NCBI GenBank assembly: GCA_040901985.1 | Contig: JBBDYC010000016.1 | Location: forward strand, 33,112 to 61,014 | Source of the DNA: Gemmatimonadaceae bacterium | Lineage (GTDB): Bacteria; Gemmatimonadota; Gemmatimonadetes; Gemmatimonadales; Gemmatimonadaceae | DNA: 27,903 nt | Direction of reading: 5' to 3' | In this document: piece after piece, positions 26,014 to 27,903 of the stretch | Numbering within the stretch: the first letter of the stretch is position 1 | How the letters are laid out: every line of letters starts with the position of its first letter | Position numbers and translations under genes: made by a program | The notes under the pieces: generated by a model | Databases searched by the model: none | Seen by the model: only the letters and a program-made list of their open reading frames with translations | Told to the model about the DNA's origin: nothing

Positions 26014-26670
26014 CTACTGCTGGGACCGCTGGCTCGGGTCGGCGAGCGCCCGGGCCGCGTCGTGCCGCGACGCCAGCAGCTGGGTGACGAACCGCTGGCC
26101 CTCGCCGATCCGCTCCACCTCGATTGCCACCGACTCCACCGAGCGTTCGATCGTCAGGAGTCGGTCGCCGAGTTCCGGCGGCATCGCCTGGACGACGGTC
26201 TGGCGCCGCCAAATCCGGCGCGCGTAGGCGATCGTCAACGGGATGGCGACGGCGAACAGCAGGAAGAACCCCGCGACAAAGACCTCCTCGGGGATCAACT
26301 CGGGCTGCGGCGGCTGGACGATCACCGCACCCGGCAACGCCGCCGCCTGCGCGACCTGCGCGTCGGCGACGAGGCGCTGCGCCTCGACCTGCGTGATCCG
26401 GCTGTCAATTTGCGCGAGGCGCGACTCGAGGCCCGTCCGGTCGGCGCCCTGGATGTTCGGATTGCGCAACTGTTCCGAGAGGCGGCCGCGCGTCTGTTCC
26501 AGCGAACGCACCTGGTCGGCGAGCACCCGCGCCTGCGCCCGCATCGCCTCGTACATCTCGGCGGCCGTGGCCGGACCGGTGGGCAGGGCAACCGGCGGTG
26601 GCGCGCCCTGGAGAGCGGTGGTGGGCTGGGCAGTCGGTGGCGCTTGGTCCTGCACTGATCGTGCGGTCAC
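26014..26670 (-). CDS. Hypothetical single-pass membrane protein with two coiled coils
   Basis: GTG start with GAGG SD. Coiled coil, then TM VFVAGFFLLFAVAIPLTIAYARRIWRR, then RLLTIERSVESVAIEVERIGEGQRFVTQLL, a motif I recall in many Gemmatimonadota hypotheticals. Confidence 0.75.
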   Translation of the reverse strand: MTARSVQDQAPPTAQPTTALQGAPPPVALPTGPATAAEMYEAMRAQARVLADQVRSLEQTRGRLSEQLRNPNIQGADRTGLESRLAQIDSRITQVEAQRLVADAQVAQAAALPGAVIVQPPQPELIPEEVFVAGFFLLFAVAIPLTIAYARRIWRRQTVVQAMPPELGDRLLTIERSVESVAIEVERIGEGQRFVTQLLASRHDAARALADPSQRSQQ

Positions 26671-26720
26671 GCGAACCTCTCGTGGTGGGGGCTCCCGGGC
26701 TTCGGCCCGGTGGTCCGCCC

Positions 26721-26746
26721 TACGGTCGATCCCCGGCTGGGGATTC
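26721..26746 (-). promoter_or_regulatory. Putative SigW-like ECF promoter (GAATCC-N16-CGTA)
   Basis: Minus-strand -10 CGTA (26724-26721) and -35 GAATCC (26746-26741), about 50 nt upstream of the GTG at 26670. Confidence 0.35.
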
Positions 26747-26779
26747 GGCCGTGGTCACCGCCAATTTAGTCCAGTCCCC

Positions 26780-27307
26780 TCAGTCCGGCCGGAAGAGGTC
26801 CAGCATCGAGAGGTAGCCCACGGTGGCGATCACCACCGAGGTCAGCGCGACGGTCCGGTGGAGGTCGCGGTCGTCGGGTGAGGTCTCGGCCCGCTCGGAG
26901 AGGATCCCTGTTGCGGCGAACCCCGCGCTCGCCGTGAGCATCATCGTCGCGTGGAAGAACCGGCGGGCGCGCTCGTTGGGGTCGCGCCGGCCGGCGATGA
27001 GGTTCGGGACGCCGGTCGCCACATTGGTGCCGAAGAGCACGAGCACGCCCGTCGCGCCGATCCGATGGCCGACCTTCGCCCACTCCGGGGCCTGGTCCCC
27101 TTTCTCGTAGAGCTGCGTGCCCGCCGCGTATTGCAGCGCGAAGAGCGGGAGGATTGCGTAGCTCGCGGTGCGGTGGATGGCGAGCCGCTTGAAGTAGGCG
27201 TCGGTGTACACGACGTCCTGCGCGCGACCCACCTCGGTCGGTGAAGGCAACCGAGGGGCTGCGGTCAGCAGCTGGGTCGCGAGCAGGACGGCGAGCGTGG
27301 CATCCAT
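26780..27307 (-). CDS. Four-TM membrane protein with one His at the start of each helix (cytochrome b561-like, putative)
   Basis: Start ATG 27307 (175 aa). Helices begin IHRTASY, GHRIGATG, FHATMML, LHRTVAL. Confidence 0.7.
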   Translation of the reverse strand: MDATLAVLLATQLLTAAPRLPSPTEVGRAQDVVYTDAYFKRLAIHRTASYAILPLFALQYAAGTQLYEKGDQAPEWAKVGHRIGATGVLVLFGTNVATGVPNLIAGRRDPNERARRFFHATMMLTASAGFAATGILSERAETSPDDRDLHRTVALTSVVIATVGYLSMLDLFRPD

Positions 27308-27400
27308 CGGGGCGCGGGGTGGAGGTGGCCGGTCCGCGGCGGAACGGCGCCGGGCGGGGTACTTTTCACGGTCCCCGAACATCTTCTCCTGGATCCCAAG

Positions 27401-27847
27401 ATGCAACGTCGCGCGCTCACCTGCCTTGCCATCCTGCTCCTTTTGTCCAACGCGCTGTCCGCCCAGGGCGCGGCGCCGGCGGCGCCGGCGGCGTCGCCAC
27501 AACCGGCGCCGGAAATCTACTTCCGCGCTCCCGCCGACGGGGCGACGGTCGGTCCGGTGTTCGAGGTCGCGTTCGGGCTGCGGAACTACGGCGTCGCCCC
27601 GGCCACGGTCGCGTTCGGGAATACCGGCCACTTCCACATCCTGATCAACGCCGAGGCGCCGCCGCCGGGGACGGTGATTCCCGCCGATTCGCTGAACCGC
27701 CACTATGGGCTGGGACAGATCGAGACGATGCTGACGCTCGCACCGGGCACCTACACCCTGCGGCTCGTCCTCGGCGACCACGATCACCGCGTGATCAGTA
27801 CCGCACTCGTCTCACGGCCCATCCGCATCACGGTCCGGCCGCGCTGA
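27401..27847 (+). CDS. DUF4399 domain secreted protein
   Basis: Signal peptide, YFRAPADGATV, VAFGL, TGHFHILIN, HYGLGQIET.LTLAPGTYTLRLVLGD..H. Confidence 0.88.
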   Translation: MQRRALTCLAILLLLSNALSAQGAAPAAPAASPQPAPEIYFRAPADGATVGPVFEVAFGLRNYGVAPATVAFGNTGHFHILINAEAPPPGTVIPADSLNRHYGLGQIETMLTLAPGTYTLRLVLGDHDHRVISTALVSRPIRITVRPR

Positions 27848-27855
27848 GCGGCCGT

Positions 27856-27903
<48 letters not shown>

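Noticed and set aside
160..26658. Long antisense or alternate-frame ORFs (e.g. 1092-3158 +, 7585-9600 +, 9625-11181 +, 13898-15904 -, 16112-18403 -, 21828-23456 +)
   Set aside because: These are shadow ORFs typical of high-GC DNA. They are Arg/His/Gly-rich, lack motifs, and lie opposite well-supported genes.

Overview
A high-GC (roughly 70%), gene-dense bacterial contig. Its gene families and style suggest Gemmatimonadota (inference). I call 22 protein-coding genes and no rRNA, tRNA, CRISPR array or mobile element. Left to right: (1) a candidate surface-polysaccharide export and signalling module, made of DUF2911, a TPR + beta-barrel porin, a CheY-like regulator, an Hpt-REC-REC-degenerate GGDEF-REC protein and a membrane-anchored HEAT-repeat protein that runs off the left edge and is missing from the ORF track; (2) a DUF4760-like gene; (3) a minus-strand run of PliI-like lipoprotein, lspA, SahR-type regulator (with a perfect palindrome over its start), ahcY, xth and an M19 dipeptidase; (4) tamA-tamB-DUF481 outer-membrane genes; (5) a minus-strand run of a 4-His membrane protein, a coiled-coil membrane protein, a zinc metalloprotease and an adaptor/MacB-like permease/TolC set with no ATPase; (6) DUF4399. 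The strongest sequence-level signal is near-total avoidance of RTCGAY: 2 sites among roughly 200 TCGA by manual scan, with Ile-Asp almost always written ATT-GAC. The terminal poly-G is probably a sequencing artifact. All family assignments come from motif recognition by eye, not database searches.
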